Positions 30,679 to 38,828 of a stretch of 64,000 bases of DNA are shown piece by piece. The notes beneath the pieces were generated by a model. That model searched no databases and was not told the origin of the DNA. It saw only the letters and a program-made list of their open reading frames with translations. The position numbers and the translations under genes are program-made. Position 1 is the stretch's first letter. Every line of letters begins with the position of its first letter. Origin of the DNA: Gemmatimonadaceae bacterium (GTDB taxonomy: Bacteria > Gemmatimonadota > Gemmatimonadetes > Gemmatimonadales > Gemmatimonadaceae); assembly GCA_033763905.1 (NCBI GenBank), contig JANRJP010000102.1, positions 24,863-88,862 of the forward strand, read 5' to 3'.

Positions 30679-31510
30679 CGAAATCGCCGCCCTCTCGGCC
30701 GCGCTCGCCGCCGACCCGAACAGCATCGTCTTCCTCGAACTAGGGGAGGCGTTGCGGCAGCGCGGGCAGATCGATGCCGCATTCACCATTGCCCGTCGCG
30801 GGCTGGAGCGACATCCGCACGCCGCGGATGCCCACGATCTGCTCGCGCGATTGCACGCAGATCGGGGCGATCTCGAGTCGGCATTCGACGAGTGGGATAT
30901 GGTCGCGCGTCTCTCGCCGGGTCACCCCGGGTCGCTCAAGGGGATGGGCTACGTGCGCTTCCAGCAGGGGCGACTCTCCGAGGCGGAGCAGTATCTGGCC
31001 GCGGCGGCAGCGGTGGATCCCGCCGATGACCGCAACCTGTCGGCGCTCGCCTACGTGCGCGCGCAGCGGGCGGCGTCGCAGGCCGGATCGTCGGTGCTGG
31101 CCAAGGATCCAACCGAGGTGGCCACGCCGCACGTGGCGGTGGACCCGGCGCGAGCACTGTTTGCCGACATCACGGCGGATGGGGCGGGCATCGTCATCCT
31201 TATCGGAGCCGACGGTCTGGTGCTGGCCGGGGAGTCGGTGACGCACGAAGGGCGCGATGTCGCGGCCGAAGTCGGAGCGGCGATGAGTGGCGTCGGCGAA
31301 GAAGCGAGTCGTTCGATGCGGCATCTCGGGCTCGGCCAGTGGACGAGCATCGTCTTCGAGACCGAGCGCGCGACGGTGGCGCTGTCGCCGGCGCCGGAGC
31401 AGGGGCTCGTACTCGTCGCGGCCGCGCGCACCTCGCCGCTCGGCTTCGTGCGCAAGATGCTCGAGCGGGCAGGGCAGGCCGCGGCGCGCTTCGTCGGAGG
31501 TGCTGGATGA
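30671..31510 (+). CDS. TPR + C-terminal Roadblock/LC7 domain fusion protein
   Basis: GTG 30671 in the frame of ORF 30407..31510, with an 8-nt overlap with the previous gene. N-terminal TPRs (IVFLELGEALRQRGQIDAAFTIARRGLERHP...). The C-terminus GIVILIGADGLVLAGES...WTSIVFETERATVALSP...LVLVAAARTSPLGFVRKML is Roadblock-like. Confidence 0.75.
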   Translation: MSDEIAALSAALAADPNSIVFLELGEALRQRGQIDAAFTIARRGLERHPHAADAHDLLARLHADRGDLESAFDEWDMVARLSPGHPGSLKGMGYVRFQQGRLSEAEQYLAAAAAVDPADDRNLSALAYVRAQRAASQAGSSVLAKDPTEVATPHVAVDPARALFADITADGAGIVILIGADGLVLAGESVTHEGRDVAAEVGAAMSGVGEEASRSMRHLGLGQWTSIVFETERATVALSPAPEQGLVLVAAARTSPLGFVRKMLERAGQAAARFVGGAG

Positions 31511-31851
31511 GCGCCTTTCAGAGCACGTTGGCCGCGCTGATCCGTCAGCGCGGCGTGACCGGCGCCCTCATCGTGAGTGAGCGCGACGGGATCGTGGTCG
31601 ATCAGGCCGTCCAGGTCGGGGTGCGCTCCGAAGTGGTCGCGGCGCTGGCGGCCTCGCTCTATCGGCGCGCGCGTCTGGCGGCGGAGGCCGCCGGGTTCGG
31701 CGATACGGGCTTCCTGCAACTCGATGCCGAGCAGGGGCGCGTGTGTGCGCTCGGCCGCGGGGATCTCGTGATCGTGGTGGTGACGGAGCCGGCGGCGAAC
31801 ATCGGGCTCGTGCGGGTCGAGATGATCAAGGGGCTGGAGGCGCTGCCGTGA
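31507..31851 (+). CDS. stand-alone Roadblock/LC7 domain protein (MglB paralogue)
   Basis: ATG 31507 (ATGA overlap), 114 aa. MSAFQSTLAALIRQRGVTGALIVSERDGIVVDQAV...GFLQLDAEQGRVCALGRGDLVIVVVTEPAANIGLVRVEM. Confidence 0.8.
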   Translation: MSAFQSTLAALIRQRGVTGALIVSERDGIVVDQAVQVGVRSEVVAALAASLYRRARLAAEAAGFGDTGFLQLDAEQGRVCALGRGDLVIVVVTEPAANIGLVRVEMIKGLEALP

Positions 31852-32318
31852 TCGTCAAGGTCACCGAAGCCTGGGCCGAGGCGCCGCTCAAGGCGTTCAT
31901 CGACGAGTCGCGCGTGCTGCTCGCGCTCCTGCTGCATCCGAGCGGACAGGTCGTGGGGCAGTCGGGGTTCTCGAAGGCGATGGACGTGATGAGTGCCTGT
32001 GCGCTGGCCGCGGCGATTCACGCCTCCTCGGCGGAGCTCGGGCGCCAACTCGACGGCAAGCCGTTCGGCGTGCTGCACTATGCCGGCCTGCAGAAGCAGC
32101 TGTTTCTCGCGCCGGTGGACACGCCGGCCGGCACCCTGCTGCTGCTTGCCGTCTTCGACGACGCCGCGTCGCTGGGACTGGTGCAGCTCTACTTCGGGGA
32201 GTTCCGGGGACGACTCGCGGCGGCGGCGCCGCGCGACGCCGATACCGGGCCCGTGCTCAACGAGCAGTTCGAGCGCGAACTCAACCGCAACCTCGCAACG
32301 CTCTTCGGGCGGGCCTGA
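31848..32318 (+). CDS. mglB: MglB-like Roadblock protein (GTPase-activating partner of MglA)
   Basis: GTG 31848 (GTGA overlap), 156 aa. LLALLLHPSGQVVGQSGFSKAMDVMSACALAAAIHASS...LLLLAVFDDAASLGLVQLYF resembles my memory of M. xanthus MglB (...VVFLVDKNGQLISSAG...VVLVVIFDNRTSLGLVRLRI). It sits directly upstream of mglA, as in the mglBA operon. Confidence 0.8.
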   Translation: MIVKVTEAWAEAPLKAFIDESRVLLALLLHPSGQVVGQSGFSKAMDVMSACALAAAIHASSAELGRQLDGKPFGVLHYAGLQKQLFLAPVDTPAGTLLLLAVFDDAASLGLVQLYFGEFRGRLAAAAPRDADTGPVLNEQFERELNRNLATLFGRA

Positions 32319-32321
32319 GTC

Positions 32322-32924
32322 GTGTCCATCGTCAACTACGCAACGCGCGAAATCACCTGCAAGATCGTGTACTACGGACCGGGCCGGTCCGGGAAGACCA
32401 CGAATCTGCACTACATCTACCAGCAGGTGCCGTCCGATCGCAAAGGCACGATGGTCTCGCTGGCGACGCAGACCGACCGGACGCTGTTCTTCGACTTTCT
32501 CCCGCTCGACCTGGGCAGCATCTCGGGCTTCACCACGAAGTTCCAACTCTACACGGTGCCCGGGCAGGTGTACTACCAGACCACCCGCAAGCTGGTGCTG
32601 CAGGGGGCGGATGGCGTGGTCTTCGTCGCCGACTCGCAGCGGCGGCAGTTCGCCGAGACGGTCGAGTCGTTTCAGGACCTGCACGCGAACCTCGCGGAGC
32701 ACGGGCTCGATGCGCGGGCGGTGCCGCTGGTGATCCAGTACAACAAGCGCGATCTGCCGACCGAGCTCATTCATCCGGTGGCGGAGTTGCGCGACGCGAT
32801 CAACTTCCGCGACGTGCCCGATTTCGAAGCCGATGCCCTGCACGGCGTCGGGGTGTTCGAGACGCTGCGCGGCATCTCGGAGTTGGTGCTGCGCAAGCTC
32901 AGTACGGGGACGGATCGGCGATGA
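32322..32924 (+). CDS. mglA: Ras-like small GTPase MglA
   Basis: 200-aa ORF. MSIVNYATREITCKIVYYGPGRSGKTTNL (P-loop), TDRTLFFDFLPL, YTVPGQVYY, VFVADSQ, IQYNKRDLP. Near-colinear with M. xanthus MglA as I recall it. Confidence 0.93.
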   Translation: MSIVNYATREITCKIVYYGPGRSGKTTNLHYIYQQVPSDRKGTMVSLATQTDRTLFFDFLPLDLGSISGFTTKFQLYTVPGQVYYQTTRKLVLQGADGVVFVADSQRRQFAETVESFQDLHANLAEHGLDARAVPLVIQYNKRDLPTELIHPVAELRDAINFRDVPDFEADALHGVGVFETLRGISELVLRKLSTGTDRR

Positions 32925-34846
32925 GTGGCGTCAGCGGATTCCGCTTCGACAATTTCGTCGTCGGGCCGGCGAATCGACTGGCCGTCGCCGCCGCGCGCGC
33001 CGTCGCCGAGGGACCGGGCTCGGTGTACAACCCGCTGGTCATCTACGGCGGCTCGGGGCTGGGCAAGACGCATCTGCTCGGCGCCATCGGGGCGCACGCC
33101 ACGCACTTGTCGCCCGAGCTGCAGGTCGAGTCGCTGGCCACCGAGGAGCTGGTGCGCCGCCTCTCCGAGGCGATCGCCACCGGGCAACTCGATGCCTTGA
33201 CGGCGGCCTTGCAGCGCTCCGACATCCTGCTGCTGGACGACGTGCAGTTCCTCACCGGACATCCCGAGACACAGCAAGTGCTGCTGCGGCTGTTCAACCA
33301 GCTGCAGGGCGCCGGCAAGCAGATCGTGCTCACGAGCGACCGGCCGCCGCAGGACATTCCCGACGTCGACGAACGCCTGGTGACCCGGCTCGCGGGCGGG
33401 CTGACGGTCGATGTCGCGTCGCCAGACTTCGAGACGCGGGTGGCGATTCTCGACGCCAAGTGCCGCGAACGCAGCGTCACCTTGTCGCGGACGCAGCTCG
33501 AACAGCTCGCCCAGCGCGACGTCTCGAGTGTGCGTGAGTTGCAGGGGATGCTCAACCGGATGGTCGCCGAACGGGAGCTGCTCGATCCCGGCGCGACCGC
33601 GCGGCCGCTCACGCCCGCGGTGGCACCGCCGGCGTCGGTGCCCGTGCCGGCCGACGCGCAGTCGATGCGCCCCACCGGCGAGTTCGACAACTTCGTCTCG
33701 CGACTCACGGTGGCGGTGCAACGCCACGTCGAGCCGCCCTGGCGGACCAAGCTGACGGAAGCGGCGGCGCAGTATCGTCGCGAGGGCTGGGCGGTCGGCG
33801 TGATCGAGCGCGCGGCGGCGCTGCCGGATGCGCCGGACGTCGACGGACTGCTCGGGATGTTCGCGCAGGCCGTGGAGCACCTGCGCCACTTGGAACGGCA
33901 GGCGCTCGCGATCGACCCGACGCTCGGCAATCAGCCGTACTTCCGGGATGTCGAGCGCGTGCGCGAAGCCGAGACGATCGTCGATCGCCTGCTGGCCGCG
34001 ACCGCGCCGCCGCCGCAGCCGGATCGGCAGTACACCCGCGAATCGCTCGCCATCGGCAACGCCAATCAACTGGCGTTGCGCGCCGCCGATGTCGTCGTGG
34101 CCGAGCCGGCGACGCGTTATAACCCGTTGGTGATCGTCGGGGCGGCCGGGACCGGGAAGACGCATCTCCTGCACGCGCTCGCGAATGCGCTCGCGGATCC
34201 CGATGGCCCGCACCGGCGCGTGGCCTGCACCACGGCGAGCGCCTTCAGCGAGGAGCTCATTCTGGCCCTGCGTGACGATACGGTCGATCGCTGGCGGGCG
34301 CGCTACCGCTCGGCGGACGTGCTGTGCCTCGACGGCGTACACTTCCTCGCGGGCAAGCAGCGGTCGCAGGAAGAGCTCTTTCATCTCTTGAACGCGGCGA
34401 AGGAGTTCGGCAAGCAGGTCATCGTGACGAGCGAAGCCGCACCGCGGGATCTGCCGCGGCTCGAGGAGCGCATCCGCACGCGGCTGGAAGAAGGCCTGGT
34501 GGTGGAGCTGCAGCGCCCCGATGCCGCCCTGCGCGCCAAGCTCGCGACGCACTTCTTCCAGCTGCTGGGCGATGACCCGGAACCGGAAGTGATTGCGGCG
34601 ATTGCCGACAAGGAGGGGCGCTCGGCGGCGGAGCTGCGCGACATCGTGGCCAGGGTGCACCGCACCGCGACCGAGGCCGGTGTGAGTGTCGGTCCCGCAC
34701 TCGTCCATCGGGTGCTCGATCCCGGCCAGTCGTCGGCGCGCCCCGACCTGCCGACCGACGCGACGGATCGCTTCTTCGTGAATCCCGAGAAGGTGATCTG
34801 GGAGTGGCCCGATGCCGGGGCCCGGTTGATCGAGGAGCTGCGCTGA
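32921..34846 (+). CDS. tandem DnaA-like AAA+ ATPase (two DnaA domain-III modules; no domain I/II or DNA-binding domain IV)
   Basis: 641-aa ORF, ATGA-coupled to mglA. Module 1: [71 protein letters not shown]. Module 2: [66 protein letters not shown]. Confidence 0.85.
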   Translation: [641 protein letters not shown]

Positions 34847-36468
34847 TGGCGATCAAGGGCTCGCTCCGCGAAGCGTCGCTGCCGGACGTCTTGCAACTCC
34901 TGTCGATGGGCAAGAAGACGGGCTGCTTGAGCGTCTCGCACAAGAACAATTTCGGCTACATCTATTTCGACAAGGGACGCATCTCGTTCGCGGCGATCGT
35001 CAATCGTCGGGATCGGCTCGGTGACATCCTCGTCAAGAGCGGGGTGATCACGCACGAGCAGCTCGAAGAGACGATCGCGCTCCAGTCGAAGAGCCGCGAT
35101 ATGCGGCTGGGCGATCTGCTCGTCGAGCGCGGTCTGCTGAGTCGCGAAGCCTTGCACCAGCAGATCACCGTGCAGATCGAAGAGGCGGTGTACTTCCTCT
35201 TCACGTGGACGCAGGGGACGTTCTCGTTCGAGGCGGATGTGCTGCCCGATCTGCAGGACTTCCTCGTGTCGATCAATCCCGAGTCGCTGCTGCTCGAGGG
35301 CGCGCGCCGCGTCGACGAGTGGAGCGTCATCGAGAAGAAGATTCCGTCGTTCGACGTGGTGTTCGAGCTCGATCGGGCCAAGCTCGCCTTGGCGAACAAC
35401 GAACTGTCGGCGGAACAGAAGGCGATCGCGCAGCTGATCGACGGTCGGCGGGATGTGGCCGAGATCGTCGAAGAGTCGGGGATGATCGAGTTCGACGTGG
35501 GCAAGGCGATGTACGGCTTGCTCACGGCCGGCTTCCTGCATCGCGTGGGAAAGACCAAGCCGCAGCAGTCGGATCCGCAGAGCGAACAGAAACTGCAGGA
35601 GCACCGCAATCTCGGCATCGCGTTCTACCGGACGGCGATGTATGACGAAGCGCTCCGCGAGTTCCGCCGCGTGCACGAACTGCGGGTCGGCGATCCGGTG
35701 GGCCGGTTCTACACGGCGCTACTCTTCCTGCGACAGAACAAGACGCAGGAGGCCGTGAGCGTGCTCCAGGATCTCGCGCAACACGGCACGGCCAAGGCCT
35801 CGGTGTTCCACAACCTCTCGCTGGCGCTCGAGCGGCTCGGGCGCTCGGACGAGGCGCGGGCCGCGCTGCAGGAAGCGATGACCCGCGGCGGCGAGACCGA
35901 TGGGCTCGTGCATCTGTCGCGGGGGGTGTTGTTGCTCAAGGCGGGCGACCTGGCGGCCGCCGCCGCTGCGGTGGCAGAGGCGCGGCAGCACTTCGGGCGT
36001 CGGCCGCCGCCGGCGGTGTGGTTCCACTACGCCGGCCTGATCGATGCGCTTCGCGGTGACGTCGAGTCGGCCGAGACGGTGCTGCGCGAAGGGACCGAGG
36101 TGCATACGCACGCTGCCGTGCTCCATCTCAACCTCGCCGCAGTGCTCGAACGGCAAGGGAAGTACGAGCTCGCCTTGCAGTCGGCCGATCAGGCCGTGCT
36201 CGACGACCCGCAGCTCCCGCAGGCGCACAAGTCGCAGGGCGATCTCCACTACCGCGCGGGGCGCTTCGACGACGCGTGGGAGTCCTACAGCCGCGCCCTG
36301 CGGCTCGCGCCGGCGCTTGGCGCCGATTTGCACGTCAAGCTCGGCAATCTGCGGTTCAAGCGGCAGGAGACCCGCGATGCCGCCGCGCATTGGGAACGCG
36401 CGTTGCAGCTGGACCCGGAGAACGCGACCGCACGCGCGAATCTCGACGCGCTGGCCAAGGCCCGGTGA
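34846..36468 (+). CDS. PATAN (DUF4388) domain + TPR protein, copy 2
   Basis: ATG 34846 (TGATG junction) within ORF 34804..36468. MAIKGSLREASLPDVLQLLSMGKKTGCLSVSH...IYFDKGRISFA, RLGDILVKSGVITHEQLEETIALQ, EAVYFLFTWTQGTFSFE, then TPRs (e.g. AHKSQGDLHYRAGRFDDAWESYSRALRLAP). Confidence 0.8.
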   Translation: MAIKGSLREASLPDVLQLLSMGKKTGCLSVSHKNNFGYIYFDKGRISFAAIVNRRDRLGDILVKSGVITHEQLEETIALQSKSRDMRLGDLLVERGLLSREALHQQITVQIEEAVYFLFTWTQGTFSFEADVLPDLQDFLVSINPESLLLEGARRVDEWSVIEKKIPSFDVVFELDRAKLALANNELSAEQKAIAQLIDGRRDVAEIVEESGMIEFDVGKAMYGLLTAGFLHRVGKTKPQQSDPQSEQKLQEHRNLGIAFYRTAMYDEALREFRRVHELRVGDPVGRFYTALLFLRQNKTQEAVSVLQDLAQHGTAKASVFHNLSLALERLGRSDEARAALQEAMTRGGETDGLVHLSRGVLLLKAGDLAAAAAAVAEARQHFGRRPPPAVWFHYAGLIDALRGDVESAETVLREGTEVHTHAAVLHLNLAAVLERQGKYELALQSADQAVLDDPQLPQAHKSQGDLHYRAGRFDDAWESYSRALRLAPALGADLHVKLGNLRFKRQETRDAAAHWERALQLDPENATARANLDALAKAR

Positions 36469-37280
36469 GCCTCGTGACCGCCCACGACGACGGTTCGCTC
36501 GACGCCTTGGCGGCGAAGATCGCGCGAGATCGCGGCTTCGCGGCCGGCTACTACAAGGATACCTGTCTGCGGCGGCGCATCGCCGTGCGGATGCGCGCGA
36601 ATGGCGTGCACGACTATGCGCAGTACGCGGCGCTGCTCGACACCCGCGCCGATGAGTACGACAAGTTGCTCGACGCGCTGACGATCAACGTCACGCGGCT
36701 GTTCCGGAATCACGAGGCGTGGGAGGCGGTGGAGCGCCTCGTGTGGCCGTCGCTCTTCGCCGGCGTCGCGCCGGTGACGGTCTGGAGCGCGGGCTGCGCG
36801 ACCGGCGAAGAGCCCGTGACGATCGTGATGAGCGCGCTGGCGTCGGGCGCGACGCCGCGGTCGGCCGACCGGCTCGTGGTGCACGCGACGGACATCGATC
36901 CGCGCGCACTGGCGCGCGCGCGGGCCGGCGTGTTTCCGCACAGCGCGTTCGCCGAGACGCCGGGCGAGTGGCGCGATCGCTGGTTCACCGGCCCGGCCCG
37001 CGATACCGCCACGCCCGCGCTGCTTGCGCCGATTCGCTTCGCGCAGCGCGATCTGCTTCAGGATCCGCCGCCCGCGCGAGGGCTGCAGCTCGTGGTCTGC
37101 CGCAACGTGATGATCTACTTCGACCGCGAGCCGCAGGATCAGTTGCTGCGGACCTTCCACGATGCGCTCGCACCGGGAGGCTTCTTGCTGCTCGGCAAGG
37201 TGGAGTCGCTGCTCGGCCCCGCGCGTGCGCTGTTCGAGGTGGTCGACTCTCGCGAACGGCTGTTCCGGAGGGCGGCGTGA
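36465..37280 (+). CDS. cheR: chemotaxis protein methyltransferase CheR
   Basis: GTG 36465 (GTGA overlap) in the frame of ORF 36276..37280. YKDTCLRRRIAVRM, TRLFRNHEAW, SAM-binding VWSAGCATGEEP, VCRNVMIYFD. Confidence 0.9.
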   Translation: MSLVTAHDDGSLDALAAKIARDRGFAAGYYKDTCLRRRIAVRMRANGVHDYAQYAALLDTRADEYDKLLDALTINVTRLFRNHEAWEAVERLVWPSLFAGVAPVTVWSAGCATGEEPVTIVMSALASGATPRSADRLVVHATDIDPRALARARAGVFPHSAFAETPGEWRDRWFTGPARDTATPALLAPIRFAQRDLLQDPPPARGLQLVVCRNVMIYFDREPQDQLLRTFHDALAPGGFLLLGKVESLLGPARALFEVVDSRERLFRRAA

Positions 37281-37771
37281 CGGTGACCGACTCGCTCACG
37301 GTGACCGTCCGCGTGGCCGATGCCGCCGCCGCCCGTGCCGATGTCACCCTGGTGACGCTGGGGCTGGGTTCCTGCGTCGCGGTGCTGTTGCACAATCCGG
37401 TCGTCGGGGCCGGTGCGCTGGCGCATATCCTGCTGCCGGATGAGTCGCTGTCCCGCGACACCTCGAATCCGGCGAAGTTCGCGACGACGGCCATCCCGCT
37501 GATTCTCGACCGGATGGCGAGTTACGGGCCGCTCCGGGACGTGACGGCAAAGCTCGTGGGCGGGGCGCGGATGTTCGCGCAGCTGCTTCCCCAGGGCGGC
37601 GTCAATATGGGCGAGCGGAATCTGGTGGCGGCGCGGCAGACCCTGCGCGGCGCCGGCATTCCGATCGCCGCAGAAGACACCGGCGGCGAGTACGGGCGCA
37701 GCGTGTATTTCCACGTCGGCACCGGCCGGGTCACGGTGCGGTCGATCAAGGCCGGTGAGCGCACCCTCTAG
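37277..37771 (+). CDS. cheD: chemoreceptor glutamine deamidase CheD
   Basis: GTG 37277 (GTGA overlap) in the frame of ORF 36719..37771. Catalytic context TLGLGSCVAVLLH and LAHILLP, plus GERNLVAARQTLRGAGIPI. Confidence 0.88.
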   Translation: MTVTDSLTVTVRVADAAAARADVTLVTLGLGSCVAVLLHNPVVGAGALAHILLPDESLSRDTSNPAKFATTAIPLILDRMASYGPLRDVTAKLVGGARMFAQLLPQGGVNMGERNLVAARQTLRGAGIPIAAEDTGGEYGRSVYFHVGTGRVTVRSIKAGERTL

Positions 37772-38828
37772 CGCCGCGCGCACCGTGCTCGTCGTCGACG
37801 ACTCCGCGTTTATGCGCAAGGTCGTCAGCGATCTCGTGGGCGCGTTGCCGGGCTTTCGGGTGATCGGCACGGCGCGAGACGGGCAACACGCGCTGGAGCA
37901 GGTGCACACGCTCGACCCCGACATCGTCACCCTCGATGTCGAGATGCCGGAGCTCGACGGGCTGCAGGCGTTGGGGTACATCATGAGCGAGACCCCGCGG
38001 CCGGTCGTGATGCTGTCGGCGGCCGACGGGGCCGATGGCGCGCTCACGCTGCGCGCGCTCGAACTCGGTGCCGTCGATTTCGTCCGCAAGCCGTCCGGCG
38101 CGATCTCGCTGGATCTCACACGCGTGCAGGATCGGCTGCATCAGGCATTGCTGGCCGCGGCCGAGGCGAATGTGGCGGGCGTGCGAGCCGTGGCTCGCTT
38201 GCCCCGGGTCTCGGCGGGCGTCGGCCTGTCGCCGCATACGGCGCGCAAGCTCGTCGTGATTGCGTGCTCGACCGGGGGGCCGCGGGCGCTGGTCGAGGTC
38301 ATTCCGGCGCTGCCGGTGACGCTCGATGCTGCGGTGCTGGTCGTGCAGCATATGCCCAAGGGCTTCACGCGCTCCCTCGCGGAGCGCCTCGATCACGCGA
38401 GTCGCTGTACCGTGCGTGAGGCCGCAGACGGCGCCGCCCTGCAGCGCGGGCTCGTGTATGTCGCCCCGGGCGGGCGGCATCTGGTGGTGGGCGAGCGTCC
38501 CGAGGGGCCCTGCTGCTCGATCGACGACTCGCCGCCGGTCTGGGGGGTGCGACCGGCCGCCGACGTCCTCTTTCGGAGCGCCGCCCGGGCTTACGGCGCG
38601 TCGGTCGTCGGCGTGGTGCTCACCGGGATGGGGCGGGACGGTGCCGAAGGCTTGTCGCGCATCCGCGAGGCGGGCGGCCGCGCCATCGTGCAAGACCGCG
38701 AAACAAGCACGATCTACGGAATGCCCCAGGCGGCGTTGCAGATTGCCGGCGCCGATCAGGTCGTGCCGTTGAGCGGCGTCGCGACGGCGATTCGCGAACT
38801 GGTGGCCACTGTGCCGGAGGCGGCGTGA
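37755..38828 (+). CDS. cheB: protein-glutamate methylesterase/response regulator CheB
   Basis: 357-aa ORF. Receiver VLVVDDSAFMRK...DIVTLDVEMPELDG. Esterase motifs IACSTGGPRAL, VVQHMPKGFT and TGMGRDGAEG. Confidence 0.93.
   Translation: MSAPSSAARTVLVVDDSAFMRKVVSDLVGALPGFRVIGTARDGQHALEQVHTLDPDIVTLDVEMPELDGLQALGYIMSETPRPVVMLSAADGADGALTLRALELGAVDFVRKPSGAISLDLTRVQDRLHQALLAAAEANVAGVRAVARLPRVSAGVGLSPHTARKLVVIACSTGGPRALVEVIPALPVTLDAAVLVVQHMPKGFTRSLAERLDHASRCTVREAADGAALQRGLVYVAPGGRHLVVGERPEGPCCSIDDSPPVWGVRPAADVLFRSAARAYGASVVGVVLTGMGRDGAEGLSRIREAGGRAIVQDRETSTIYGMPQAALQIAGADQVVPLSGVATAIRELVATVPEAA

Noticed and set aside
32921-34846. The DnaA-like ORF as the chromosomal initiator dnaA, which would place oriC in this window.
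   Set aside because: It has no domain I/II and no domain IV DNA-binding HTH, and its AAA+ module is duplicated. It has no adjacent dnaN/recF/gyrB and no AT-rich unwinding region with clustered DnaA boxes next to it. It sits inside a translationally coupled che/mgl operon.
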